Part shown: positions 51,290 through 64,000 of the stretch, piece after piece
Numbering within the stretch: the first letter of the stretch is position 1
Layout: every line of letters starts with the position of its first letter
DNA from: Oopsacas minuta
Taxonomy: Eukaryota > Animalia > Porifera
Length of the DNA: 64,000 bases
NCBI GenBank assembly: GCA_024704765.1
Contig: JAKMXF010000332.1
Location: 478,018-542,017, forward strand
Direction: 5' to 3'
Notes under the pieces: model-generated
What the model was told of the DNA's origin: nothing
Seen by the model: the letters and a program-made list of their open reading frames with translations, nothing else
Database searches by the model: none
Made by a program: the position numbers and the translations under genes

Positions 51290-53170
51290 TATCCGGTTGT
51301 CCTCAATATTAAAAGTTCTTTTTGAAGATTTGAGTACCTTGGATTAATTTAAATTTCGAACTTTATTTGGCAGAATACAATAAGAGATGGTACAAAGTAT
51401 TTTCTTCAATATATCCCATTTAACCTTGAGACAGTTGTCGCACTTACTTCTCAAAATTCCGCCAAAGATGGTATATCTTCTATTTTAATTGTAGAGAGAG
51501 ATGCAAGAATTTTTCGAGGGGTTGATATATCAAATTTGTCGAATATTATCGGTTGTACTTCAATTGCAGTAAAGATTTTCCAAGGAGAATGTACGATTGT
51601 AGAACCTCTAATGCTGGATACTTTAATCCCCATCGATCTGTTATTCAAATAAGTTAATTCACATTATCTGGATCTTCTAAATGAATATCTCTCCGTTTGG
51701 TTAAACTAGCATAGCATTCTCCGCACCTATCTCTGATTTAGAGTATGTAGAATGGACACCGTATCCAGCTACAAATGCCAATGCTAAGAAAGTAGTTTCA
51801 TTTGCTTCAGGAAGGAGATATGAATTGGTATCTCTTAAGCGCTTTCCTTTCATTGGACTGTTAACAGTAAAGATTGTCCGATACGAACGATACGTCTAGA
51901 AATTCGCGAGTCTGAGTTACAATAGCAAAACCCCGCAGTTGTTTATTTAGCCTCAAGGTAGCGTTCGTCGATTCGCTAAACACTGCAAACGTAAGATTAG
52001 CATTTTTCCTCTCTAAATTGGTAGGCCAGCAAACTTTTACAGTCAATTTATAAGCTTGCTTCAAGATGGAAGAGTGCTCAAGTCTGTATTGATCCCTAAT
52101 ATCTTCATAGGAAGGTCTAGGCACAGAGGCTGGTAATTAGAGATAAGAGTATCTACAAAAGAAAGAAAATATAACTACACTGAGCATCATGTTGGTTAAG
52201 CCAATTGTTTCGAATAAACTTAATGATGTGGACAAAATCAAAAATGAGGAATAAAGGACGATTGGGGGCCACAAGGATGGGAAACTGATTGCTCGATTAC
52301 ATGCTTGCGCGATAATAATTTGAATTAACTTTGATTTGGCGATAAGTTATCTGTACATAATACAACAACATTGAGATTGCACTTTTCAATATCAGTTACA
52401 ACAGAGTCATTATCCCAAAAATTTTTTTAGCATCTTTACATCCCAGTGGATATAGTCGAACTATTTCACTCCATTTTTCGAGAAGACTAGTACTATGAAA
52501 GCTAGTACAGTTTTTGCCACTTCTACATTCGAACTGGACGAACCATAAATATTTCCTCCTTTATATCTAAAGTCAGATTGTATATAAACCTCTTGGATAT
52601 TTATTACAAGCTGAAGCTATTGTTTAGTAAACTTCACGTTGATTAATGAGAAATTCTTTAAACTCATATTCCAAGCCTGATTTTGAAGTAAGATTACGTA
52701 ATGTAGATTGATATGGCAGTGTAAGACATAGAGAAGTTTGAAGAAACTATAACAAGCAGGAGAAATAAGTTGGGCCTTTAAAGCAAGTGTTAGAGTGATC
52801 ACATTGTATCTGTATATTTGCTTGGGAAGAACGATATTTGAGAGTTGGCATTGTATAAATTGGAGACGAGGGATTGTTGATAGTGTATCAGATTCATGAT
52901 TAAGATCAAACTTATCAATTGAAGATTGAAGATTAACAATAGCTTGAGCTTGGTTTCTTTTTGGAAATCATTTTGATGGTAGCTCGAAATATCTGTAATA
53001 GAGGAATCAATTTCACGCACCTCTTTAATGTGGTGTCAGATAGAGCTACCTGAACATCTTAATATAATCCTAAAGAATCAATTATATAAAGTGTTTAAAT
53101 TTCAATCTTTCGAAGAGATAATTAGTGTCAATCATAAAAAGAGCTTGGGTTGCAACAAAAAGTACAGTGT
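51290..53170 (-). pseudogene. P-element/THAP9-like transposase relic
   Basis: Across frames: SPACYSF, EVYIQSDFRYKGGNIYG..AKTVLAF, VVVLCTDN, LKQAYKLTVK..PTNLERKNANL..VFSEST, FVAGY. Confidence 0.65.
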
Positions 53171-53229
53171 TTTCGGTGAGTAAGAGATTTCGAACAGATT
53201 TGATAAGTGAGTATCATCCTGTCGTTAAT

Positions 53230-55086
53230 ACTCGCCTTTCTGATGGCCCTAATTCCGCCAAGTATACTCGCCATTCCATTTAAGACGACATCATGCGAGC
53301 AGCTGTGGCACTGATAACGGAGGAATCGCTAGTGACATCGAATTTGCTGTTTTTTTTTCAATACAGGCAGATGAAACTCGTGATGTTTCAAAGGTGGAGC
53401 AGCTCTCAGTGGTAATGCGCTACGTGAAAGAAGGAATAATTAAGGAAAGCTTCTAGGATTTAAGGTTCGTCATTATAAATAGGAACAGTGTGCGTTCAGA
53501 ATAGATGTTATTTTGTTTCAATATATCTTTAGGCTTGTAGTGATCTTTCAGCCCATGGACTCTACCAGTGTATTATCGAGACCCTTCAAAACAATGGTGT
53601 GCCACTTGACCTATATACCTCCCAATGTTACGACTGGGCGTCTGTAATGTCAGATGCTTCAACTGGGGTACAGAAATGCATCAGAGAGAAATGTCCCCAG
53701 GCCATCTACATTCACTGTTTGGCACACAAATTGAATCTTGTAGTGGTGGATTTCACATGGAGTAGGGAGGATATCTGATATGTTTGATGTGTTACAGTTG
53801 CTCCACAACTTTCTCTTATCAAGTGTGGTACACGTGAGGTACCTAGTAGCTCAGAAATTTTTCCAGCCAAACTCTAGAACCAGAGAAATTCCAAATCTGT
53901 ATGATACTCGATGGATCTGCTACCACGAAGCAACCGAAGTGGTTTTGTGTACACTTCCGGCTATTATGTCAGCGATTGATGACTTCGCAGAGGAAGTTGG
54001 TAACAGAGGTAACAACGCTTGGGTACTATTATCCCAGATCACCCCGTGTTTCATTATTCACCTGTCTCTCATGAGGTTTGTATTAAATATATGCAATCTT
54101 GCAAATGTTAAGCTTCAATTGAAATCTGAAACGCATTCTGAGGCTTTGCAATGCATTAAAGCCATGAAAAACTTCACAGATCGCCCTCTTTACCCTAATA
54201 ATGATACTGTTTGGGACAATGTCTATGATGAAGCTGAAAAGATTATCGCTTCATGCGAGCTCTCAGATATTCGTCGTGATCGTGCAGTACCGTTTCTCCC
54301 GGAGGTACCTATACAAGTAAAGATGACTACCGCATAAGAGTATTCCAGGTTAATTGCGAGAGGGTATCCAGTGAGTTAGACAGGAGATTACTGAACGAGG
54401 AGAATCAGATCGTCTTCCACGGCGTAAAACTCTTACGCCCAGCAGCGACAACTTCGGAGAAGTAAATAATATAAACTTCTGTAGATACTACGGTTTAATC
54501 GAGGATGACGCTAAACCTTTCAATTCTTAAATAATGCTTCTTGAAGACATGTACCGCCGTGGTGGCTGTGGTCTTCCAAAAGATCTCATTGGCCTATACA
54601 ACTTTTTCTGCCACACAGGAGTATTTTCTTTCGTATTCAAATAGCAGTACAGATTGCTATTTCCTTGCCAATCACAGGTGCTTCTTGCGAGAGGAGTTTT
54701 AGTGTCCTCAGAAGAATCAAATCGTATTTGAGAAGTATAATGTCTGAACAGCGAAGCAGTGATATGGCTGTACTAGTAATAAATAGACAGGAACTACATT
54801 AACTCCAAATAGATATGGTAATCGGGAGGCTCGAAGAGAAAAATAGGCGTATAGTACTCTAATAAGCTGAAATTCAATTATCTACCTATCCTGAAATTAG
54901 AATAGACTATACTCTTTGATTTCTCAGTATCATAGTATTACATAATATACTGTTTTTCTATTACTACCATCTTAATGAAAATTCATGCAATGTAACAATA
55001 CCCATGCGACCCTAAGCTGTTGTATGATTTTTGTCAGGGGGCAATGGGGGACAGTTGCTCCCCCCTTCAGTATGCTGGCGCCACTG
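53230..55086 (+). mobile_element. 5'-truncated hAT (DUF4371 type); transposase remnant to 54862, right TIR ending at 55086
   Basis: IQADETRDVSKVEQLSVVMRYV, HCLAHKLNL, TRW, SCERSFSVLRRIKSYLRS; GCTGGCGCCACTG end. Confidence 0.8.
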
Positions 55087-58000
55087 TGTGACTTGTCCGC
55101 CAGTCGCTCGATCTAGAGCACACCCACACGATAGTTCTGGATACGCCACTGACACTAATAAAGCTTTTATTGCATATATGTTTGTATATCCGAAATCTTT
55201 GAGGAAACTGGAAGACCCCATGTCATATTTTGCAGTTCGAATCTTCGAACAAACTTCACAACCATGACGAAATTAAGGAGTAATTGTCAACTCCATGGAT
55301 TCTTTTAAAGTAACATCATTTGCCCTGCTTAGCCAATATGCATGATAGAAGTCTAAATGTCCTCACGTCATCAGTTTAATCAAATACAAACTCATCAAGG
55401 ATTTATTAAGTCATCATGACTAAACAAAAATATACATATTCGCCAAATTTCGAAAGTTTTGAGAATTTCTTAATGCAAGAGGCATGAAGTGTGGAATTTA
55501 ATTCACTGTAGGTACATAATAAAATGTAGTGAGAAGGAGAATTAATATTGGTTAACAATGAATTATTAACCCAGTTTACGATGGTATAACTATGATACAT
55601 GACATCCTATAACAGCTTATTCTAAACATTGGGACTCATGCATTCAGTTTGAATAATTGGTAAAACCCTGAGTTATTGAATACATAATTCAATTTAAGAA
55701 GTATAACGAATAATTGGTATTATAATACTTATCGAGGCATATGACCACATAAACCTATACGCCTTACCACTTTCTGTGCAGAATCCTGAAATGTATCCAT
55801 CTTATTCATTTACGCAAAGAACAAATATTCAAAACCTAAGTGCCAGTACAAAGATAATTAATGTGGTAGCAAATATAGCTTATTATCAAAGGGTTACACC
55901 CCGACATTACTGGAAGACCTGCGACACCCTAGATCCCCCAGCTGAAGTGGAGTCGTGAATTCAATCTGATGAGCAACTTGTAGAATCTGTTGACAACCAT
56001 TGAATCTGCCCCGTAGATGTCAAAGCCACACGACGCCACTGCCAGCTGGACGATTATACCAAACCAAAAATTGATAGATCCGCCACTGTGCATGTTCCCG
56101 CTAAACCCTTATATCACATTGCCTACTTTCCTGCCCCCGTGGGTGAAAAATCCTGGCGACGCTCCTGGGTCACCAGGGTAAAAAGGTTTGGGACTACTGT
56201 TTTAGAGGATGGTGATAAATATTTGACAATTATTGGAGCCTTTACTATTCCTCAGCGCTTCATGCCCAGACACTTATGCAAGGAGATATGATATATATGC
56301 AAGATAAGAAGTATGAATGTATGCTCACGCCAGTTTGAATAACACTGCCTTAAAGGGTTAAAATTTGTGTTAAACTTAATGAAATAATAATATCAGAAAG
56401 TTGTTAATGATTTACGCCATTCCAATCCATATCATAATTACAAATAACATTCAGTGACGGAACTACACCAGCGCCTACTCGGGCTTATACTTGGATGAAT
56501 GAGGGTTATGCCCAGGTAGACCCCTGGGTAAATAAAAAGTGCTCCCGAGTAGCGGGTAGCTGAGAACTGACATTGTTATATGTTATTTTATAGTGGATGA
56601 TTCGTGATTCGATATTTTTGCATAAACAATATTAAATTGCGGTTAATTACTTATACCGTAATGGATCATGTGTTAATGCTCAGTTTCTTATTTGGTCAAT
56701 GTTCCATGGCCCACAGAGACACGTTCGCCCTCTTTAGAAACTATCTTGGCGCACAGCCACCCTCACCCCTCCTCATGGTCGGAGCCCTTGCTCTGGAAAC
56801 AGCTGGAAATGAAGTGGCTAATATGACTCTTCAACATAATATTGAGTGGCAAAGTATACAATTTATCAGGAATACTTAAATTTAATATTTCGTAATACAT
56901 GCTATGGCTACAACAGCTGGCTGCTTGGGGTGTATACATTGAGAATGGAATACTTCCATATTCCTGCGTTGATCATTTATCAGTTATGGACTATCAACTG
57001 ACTTCAGTGATGATTAACCAAAGGCCAGCACCCTTCGCTTGCTAGGTCTATCCGCAACATCTTTGTGCCTCAGGTAGCTTAAGTATCAAATAGCTAAATT
57101 CTTGATGGTTTGGGTTGCACCGCAAACGGCTACTATATTCGACACTACGTGCCACAGTGATTAATTTTCTGGAAATTGAGTCTGCAATTGGTCATAATCG
57201 TGAGGTCAGGATATCTGGCCAATAAAGAGGTACCTGAGATTCTATTTCAAATTTCTATCATGTTTATTAGCTGAGCAGTGACAAATAATGTGATTTTTCG
57301 AAATTTCAAAAGGTTACAATGACGTCATTATTTCTTCATATGTCTGAATTCTATTTCAAGACTCTAAATTGTCCGAATCAGGCCAAAAACCAAAGTTATG
57401 GCCTTAAGCTGCCTGACTAATCAACAGATCAATACTATGTAAACGCAATAAATATATATTTACATGAGCATTGGAGCAACCAGGTTGCCGATTCGGGTGG
57501 GGTAGAATGACGTCTTACCCACCCACCCTATACTTTTCCATTTTGGTTAAACTTAATCTGGGCTGCCGCCAGAGCTAGACAAATTGAAATTCCGTGGTTG
57601 CTAACTTAGCCATTACCTCGCATACCCAAGCCAAAATACACGAATGTTCGGTGGTTTAAAGGAAAAGTATGGTTGCTATAACCACCATAACATTTGTCAA
57701 GCACTGGATGACGCATATATTGTAGAGTTGGCCAGCGCCAACGCAAAATGACTAGTTACGCCTATGTATTTATGTATCCAGTATTTCCCACATGATTTTT
57801 GTAGAGATTGAATGCGGGATTGAGGGCCGCTTCTGCCACCCATAAATACGTTAACTTAGGTATAGACTCCACATTCTAACGTAACTAGATATTCTAGTAG
57901 CATCATTAAACGATTTAAGCGCATTAAATAAAGTGCTTGACGAGCTTTCGGGGAAACACTTTGTATATCTGATATCTATTATCTAAACTATATTACGCAA

Positions 58001-59200
58001 TTAGGGACGCAACATCGGTTCGGTAGGCTCGGTCTACTACATTAATTAGTAGTCCAACGTTGCCGTACCTCAAAACAATTCTGAAATTTGGTGGGCTAGA
58101 ATAGATGATTAGTATTAAGAAAAACTTATTTCCCTCCCAATGGCATGTCCATGATAGAATAAATTGACTCTAATATAATTGTAATGTAACGGGGGGTATC
58201 CGAATCGCAAGAAATAGTGATATTAATGGGGCACAACAGGTACGCCGAGCGCCGTACATCCTTAAGAACTATGTCATCGCGTGGTATAATTTCGCAGTAC
58301 CTCACGCAATCAGTCAATTAGTTGTAGGTTTGAAAACGAACGATATATTCAAATATTCCACCGTACCACTTTTCGAAATGTTGTGCCGCGGCTGAAAATA
58401 AACCTATACTAAGGCGCTTCGATTGCTAGCTCGCTCCGCAAGCTGTCCGCCTCCGATTTAGCATATGTAAGAAACAAGTAAAATTCTCTATATTTTGGGT
58501 TGCTCTAAATGGGATATACTCGAGGTGAAATTTTATAGGAAATTTGAAAGAATGTATTATCTAAAATTAATACTTATCTGTGGTGACACTGTGATGTTAT
58601 AAAGCTAGAGTAAACTTAATTCTGCACTTCATGGCTCATGCATCACAAATATTCAAAATTTCGATGTTATCTGCAAATATGATCTTGCAGATAACATATA
58701 GTATTTATAGTCAATTGTACGGTTTTGCACCTGGACGTCCTGCTACTTAACTGGAAGTGGGGCCACTTAACGGAATGAAAGTTGGGCATCCGGATGTAAA
58801 AAATACACATATATACAGATTAATTTCGTGTTAATCGTATAGATTTATATGCTATACTAAATATTTGAAGTATTAAAAAGTACATTGCGCGTAACCTGCG
58901 GGCAATACTCAATTGTAAATTATTTGTGATTTTGTGGCACTTTTATGGCAAAAGATCAATATTATGTAATCCATGACCCTGTAATTTCTTATATTACAGT
59001 TCCTAACTTACTATTTTGGATTTCACTATTCGTGACAAGCAGAACCACTAAACTAATGATTATGATTGTTTGTCACGAACTGTAATATCCCAAAGATATC
59101 CCGATCGAATTCGTTTGTCCTGACCTAACGTAGGTCACGCTTTAGCACATCATAGCGTCTGATTGCATGTATATTCTAGATAAATGGTCATTTGTGTATA

Positions 59201-59383
59201 CAGTGAAACATCGTTAATACGAACACATTTAATACGAATTTCTGGTTAAGACGAACAGAATTTTACATAATTTTATTCCCTACAATGGAAATTAAATTGT
59301 TTTTAGTCCGGTTAATAAGTACTCTTGATAAGGAGTACAAATCCCGAAGGTCCCTTGGTGTGTAAGTTAACGAGGTTCTATTG
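59201..59383. mobile_element. pogo-type MITE
   Basis: TIR CAGTGAAACATCGTTAA / CAATAGAACCTCGTTAA; TA duplication. Confidence 0.8.
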
Positions 59384-59879
59384 TATGCAAATATATATTG
59401 TGTGTAGAGTACTCTACTCATATAAGTATCCTAGTATAGTGCCTTTTTATTAAAATATAGACACAACACACCTTTGTAAATGGCTGAGTACTTAATGGAA
59501 GAGATAGAAATGTCATCTATATCTTCTCAAGATACTGGGAAAGGGGATCGTTATCACGAGTTTGAGATAGATAAGTCAATTGTGATAATGTTACGAAAAC
59601 TTTCTTCCACTATGTGTTATTTATCATAGAAAATTAAATTGTTTGTATCCTGATTGAGGTGAGATTTCTTATGAAGGCTATCAAGCATAAAATGGAAAAA
59701 TAAATCAGATTCTTTCAATTGTGAGTTAGTAAATATTAAATGATTATGTCAAATTTCTAATTATTTTACCTCGGTTGGTCACGTTTAGACATATTTATTC
59801 ATGTACATGAGAGGAAAGGATTTCTCCCAAGAATTATTAATATTATGTTACTTACTTAGTTAATTATTATATTGTTACA

Positions 59880-62469
59880 ACTGAGCTACTAATCACAATC
59901 AAAACAAAATCCTTAACCTTACTGTTAACGAATTATTTACCTAGATCAGGAAGTATCATGTAAAAAGATTCAACAGCAATTAGAGATGACTGAATTAATT
60001 TCTGCCCTGAAGAACAATATTTACTCATTCTTCTTCAAAATTCGTCTATTTTGCAGTTACCCGCACTGAAACAGTCTTGATGAATGATTACACTTTTAAA
60101 AAAACAATTTGGTACGAGTTAGTAAATATAAGTCTATAAAATGTCCTTTTGAGATATTATATTTACGTGATATAGGTATCATTCAACTTGTAAATGGACG
60201 TATAATCTTCATCAATGATGTTCATTGTATGCAATGTATCTATAGCGATTGTTTCCATACTAAAGCATATAGGATTGCTATAGAAGACCGATGCCTCTAC
60301 TTCATTCTTCTCGTCTTACTATCAGATCTCGTCAGTCCATAAGTTGTCGAAGAAGTTTATCTCGATAACATGAATCTGATATTCATGACTATAAATCATC
60401 CGATAACAGATGGTATTGCATAGACTGTAAAGTTATTTTCTCAGAAAGGGAAACGATTGACGAACTTCAAGGAACACCAGAAACAGAGACATGTTCTAAT
60501 AGTGCCCAGCGTTACTCCACCCAATATAATAGTGTCAGGACTAGTTTGACAAATCGGACATGAAAAATTCTGATTAAAATCAATATCAACCAGCCTTAGG
60601 TACGCATTCCATGCTAGATACATCATATGCTTCTTCGGGAAATGTGTCCTCCCCATCCTTTTTAGTTTGTTATTCTTCGTTCTAAAAAACAAATAATAAA
60701 ATGTGCGACACTGTGTGATTTGAGTTTTGGTTAAATATTTGTAAATATATACCTGATGAATGCGTAGAATGCGTTTCTTGCTGTTCTCATCATTTCACTC
60801 ATAGAGTAATTCGTGATGTACAAAATATTGATCATTGATATTCTTAAGGAGGTGTTGGTCCCCTTGATAACTTCTTTTGCACATACATGGCCCGTCACAG
60901 TTCGTCTTATATTCTACAGATAGTTATACCATTAATTATTCGTTAACAATAAACAAAATAGATAAAGTACCTGAGTGATGAGGTGCAGAAATGACATCAT
61001 TTTCGGTATAAACAATAATACCTTTCCTCACAGAGTTGGCTAGAGTAAATCTACATTCATTGGGATATAATGCATCTAAAGGGCACAAATTCTCAGGAAG
61101 ATTGAGTCCTTCGTTCAGTTGACTACAGTGCTTTTCCTTCATTTTTTGCTTAAGTGTGTGAGGAATAGACTTATTAGTAACAATATTAAAGGTCATTTGG
61201 TGGTAATCCGTAGAGGTATACCCAACGATGATCCACCTAAAGAAACAACTGTAACAGCCCATATACCCATTGCAAAGAGAAAATGGTTATCCAAACCTAA
61301 ATTGAGGAGTACCTTTCACGCAATACACGGGAGTTGGATTATCGCCCCAAGAATTCACAAATTTTATGGCAGATCTTGATCAGGACACTTTTCAAGAATA
61401 CATTGCTGACAGCTATGCCACATGTACGGATCACAATACAATTATCTTTCTTCCGATAATAAGAATATCTCATCTCTTCTAAAATATTTGTCATCTCTTG
61501 ATCCTATTTCAGGAATATTCCAATTTTATATCTTGAAAGAAGAAGAATTGGGGCTTGTTGTGGACCTAGCAGCTGGTATTCCTAGTACAGCTCAACGGCT
61601 AGAGAAATTGTACAGAAAGATGGTGAACTTTAAAACGTTGTTTCAATCTTATCCCTAGAAGTCCTTTCTTCTACACTCATCCGTCTCCACCTACTTGTTT
61701 CTGGACTACTACAGAAAATCATCGAGAAAGCTGAATATTTGTTTACACGACCATCTAGTAGAGAAATTATCGTTACTAATAGTCAAGATTTCTTAATTAT
61801 ATTTTCCAGTGTTTGAACACCAGTTCAGATAGTAACACAAAATATTTTTAGAATTATTTTATCCCACTATTCAATACTTTATAAATGTTGGTACTAGATT
61901 ACGAATCTATGATCTTGCTGATCGCCACCATGAATCTGGCTGTAAGAAAGAACACCCAAATCATAGGATATCATCTCCAGGTATGATAACTATGTTTGTC
62001 GCCATGGGATTTGTTATGGCTTCAAGATACTCAGTACTGGAGAATCAACGGTCACTATTTTCAACCTTTTGATGTATATTTCACAACCCCACCAAAATAC
62101 ATCATCTATTATAATACTTGCAATCTCCACAATACATGCTTACTCAGGTAATATTTCAAAAGTATCTTTAAAAAATATTTATAATAGGATATTTTGATAT
62201 AAATTTCTTAGGATCCCAAGGGTTTCATGAAAAGCACCCTCTTGATTGACCGGTTTCATACAACAAATCGTAAGTGTAATCCTGCATACTCCATGAGAAA
62301 TATTCAAACTTGAGAGATTCAGACACTAAATTCGCAAGTTTGTGAGCAACTGAACTCAAGATTGCGAAGGATTTCAACACAACTTTCGTACATGAATGTA
62401 GAGAATATACTTTACACCACCCGATATTTCTTAAGCCAAACAAACAAAGATATTATAAATACACTTTAA
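59880..62469 (+). pseudogene. KDZ (Kyakuja-Dileera-Zisupton)/HMGXB3-like transposase gene with introns; segment 60491-61215 inverted
   Basis: SWIM-like CMQC..CFH; FSCPICQTSPDTIIL(G)GVTLG; PGMITMF-CRHGICYGF; IIY.NTCNLH; IDRFH..C..Y; NSQVCEQLNS.LRR....LSYM. Degraded. Confidence 0.75.
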
Positions 62470-62528
62470 TCAATACAGATTATGAGTATTGTATACTGTA
62501 TAATGATTTTACAGTATGATACATTTTG

Positions 62529-63375
62529 TTAACTAATGTGGGTACAATCAGAGCACCTAAACAACTTTACAATTGATTTTATAATGCGTCTGTCGTCAGA
62601 AACCTCCACACATGGATTATGGTAGCATTGATCACAGTGATGCATTTAACCATGTATTTGCTATAACTTTCAGGCATGTTACAATATCAATAGAGAGGAA
62701 AAACTCCTCGACTTCCTGCTCTAAATATGTAGTTGTTTCAATCCGACTGTAAGATCTGGAAATAAGGTAATGTTCTTATTAACTAAGCATTTCGACAAAT
62801 GAGACCACATTTGAGATTGGTCCAATCGAACATTAGAAGGATAATGGCCCAAAGGCTATGGCTGTAAAAACCACAGTAACAAATATCCCACAATCAGAAA
62901 ATTCTTTCTGTTGTTGCATTATCTGCATGATATATTTGAAAGTATGCTTCTGTGTGTAAATTTCAGCTAATTGAACTTTGAAGTCATCTGAAACTGAATC
63001 AAATACGGAATCAAATAGTGAAACTTGGCCTGTTTTATCTGCACAATATACCAGCCAGTGAACACATGCAGCATCCTTATGTGTTTGTAGACTCTTAGTT
63101 GGACAGGTTTTGAATACGCCATAACGCCCTTCGACAATGTTTTGTAATCCTGGAAGATGGGGGAATTGATTGCGTAGAAGTACCTCAATATTATACATAA
63201 TAAGTCCGATTAAGAATAACTTCAGGAAACATGTTTGAGTAAGTGAAACTATGGGCAAACATGCCATGAATGCGTGTAATGTCGTTTCTTTGAGTAGTGT
63301 GCCTTGATCAGATAGCTCACTTAAGGGAGCTCCAAGATTTAAACCTTTAAAAATTGAGGATTTAACCTTTAACAT
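62529..63375 (-). pseudogene. Ulp1/SENP-like (C48) cysteine protease plus C-terminal PHD finger
   Basis: LLRNQFPHLPGLQ, HW..., LFDS, QQQ..SDCG (His-Asp-Cys triad with oxyanion Gln), DQSQMWSHL..CL..FP; then a degenerate C4HC3 finger (YCNMPE..MVKC..C..YH..C..CSDC). Confidence 0.75.
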
Positions 63376-64000
63376 TTGGGCGAAGAAGGATTCAATGGCG
63401 TTAGTATCTTTATTAATAAGTCTATCAACTATTCTTTGTATACTATCCGTAGTTTCAATACTTTCACTTGCGTATAGAGAACTGCTGTCGCTGGGATAAA
63501 TTTCAACTTATTGACCTAATTCTCTACTCTCAACAATATCCTAAAATGTAGCTGAATCTGATAATATTGATGGGTACATAATTTCTGTCTTTTCGTGGTA
63601 ATGGAGATTTACATTCATCTGAGAAGCTTAAGGGTGGAGCAAAAATCGAGAACTTGTTCTAGGCGTGCTTGATCCAGTAATATCAGTTTGAGTAATCTGT
63701 GATGTAGTACTATACTTTTGGTGGAAGAATAAGGAATCTGTCATGAATGGGGGAAAGACAAGCTGATGTTACACTAGATGACCTCTCGAAACTTATGTAG
63801 CGTATTAAAGGACTAATAAAAGATTCTTTAGAGTACCCCGATTTAATGTTATGGAAATCGATGCTTTTATCCAGGCACATGGGACGGATTTTCTTTGACA
63901 AATAGTTGCTTCCACCTAAATAAGAGTTGATGATTACTAATCGTTAAGATAATCGTTATTTTTGTTAGATTTTTTGAAAGAAATCAAAATATCGACTAGT

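Larger units (their letters stand above)
50848..55151. mobile_element. Composite element bounded by (T/C)AGTGGCGTATCCAG inverted repeats
   Basis: 14/15 TIR match between 50848 and 55151; no TSD found; contains P-like and hAT transposase relics. Confidence 0.5.

Noticed and set aside
55700-56800. GC-richer ORFs and scattered hAT-like ends
   Set aside because: Unpaired terminal fragments (e.g. ending at 56041 and 56199) with no matching partner or TSD; the ORFs have no motifs.
57153-58593. Pairing CACAGTG (57153) with CACTGTG (58587) as one Transib MITE
   Set aside because: Flanks CGTGC and ATGTT are not a TSD, and similarity beyond the heptamer is negligible.

Overview
AT-rich eukaryotic (animal-like) DNA with short GT-AG introns. 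It contains one clearly intact host gene, an intronless chaperonin subunit zeta (CCT6, 24466-26082, minus strand). The rest is a dense, nested set of transposons: hAT (BED-type, DUF4371/ZMYM-type, Buster-type), Mutator/MULE, Tc1, mariner, P-element-like, KDZ/Zisupton-like, a CR1/L2-type LINE and many MITEs. The main find is a complete 3,185-bp Transib/RAG1-like transposon (19735-22919) with a perfect 5-bp TSD (CAGGG). Both ends start with the exact RSS heptamer CACAGTG, and a second 10-bp box (AAAGAATAGG) sits 19 nt from the heptamer at one end and 10 nt at the other, a 12/23-like asymmetry. Its transposase keeps the RAG1 DDE triad and Zn ligands, has an NBD-like segment and a C-terminal CxxC-x3-GH-xn-C motif, and has no RAG2-like partner. 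A second, divergent RAG1-like relic lies at 1-1500. Two clean inversions can be reconstructed to the base (41986-47532 and 60491-61215); undoing them repairs a LINE, a MITE and a KDZ transposase frame. A KDZ transposase lies tail-to-tail with a Ulp1-protease/PHD gene. The organism cannot be determined from the sequence; an early-branching invertebrate such as a sponge is only an impression. All protein family calls come from motif recognition by eye, not database searches.
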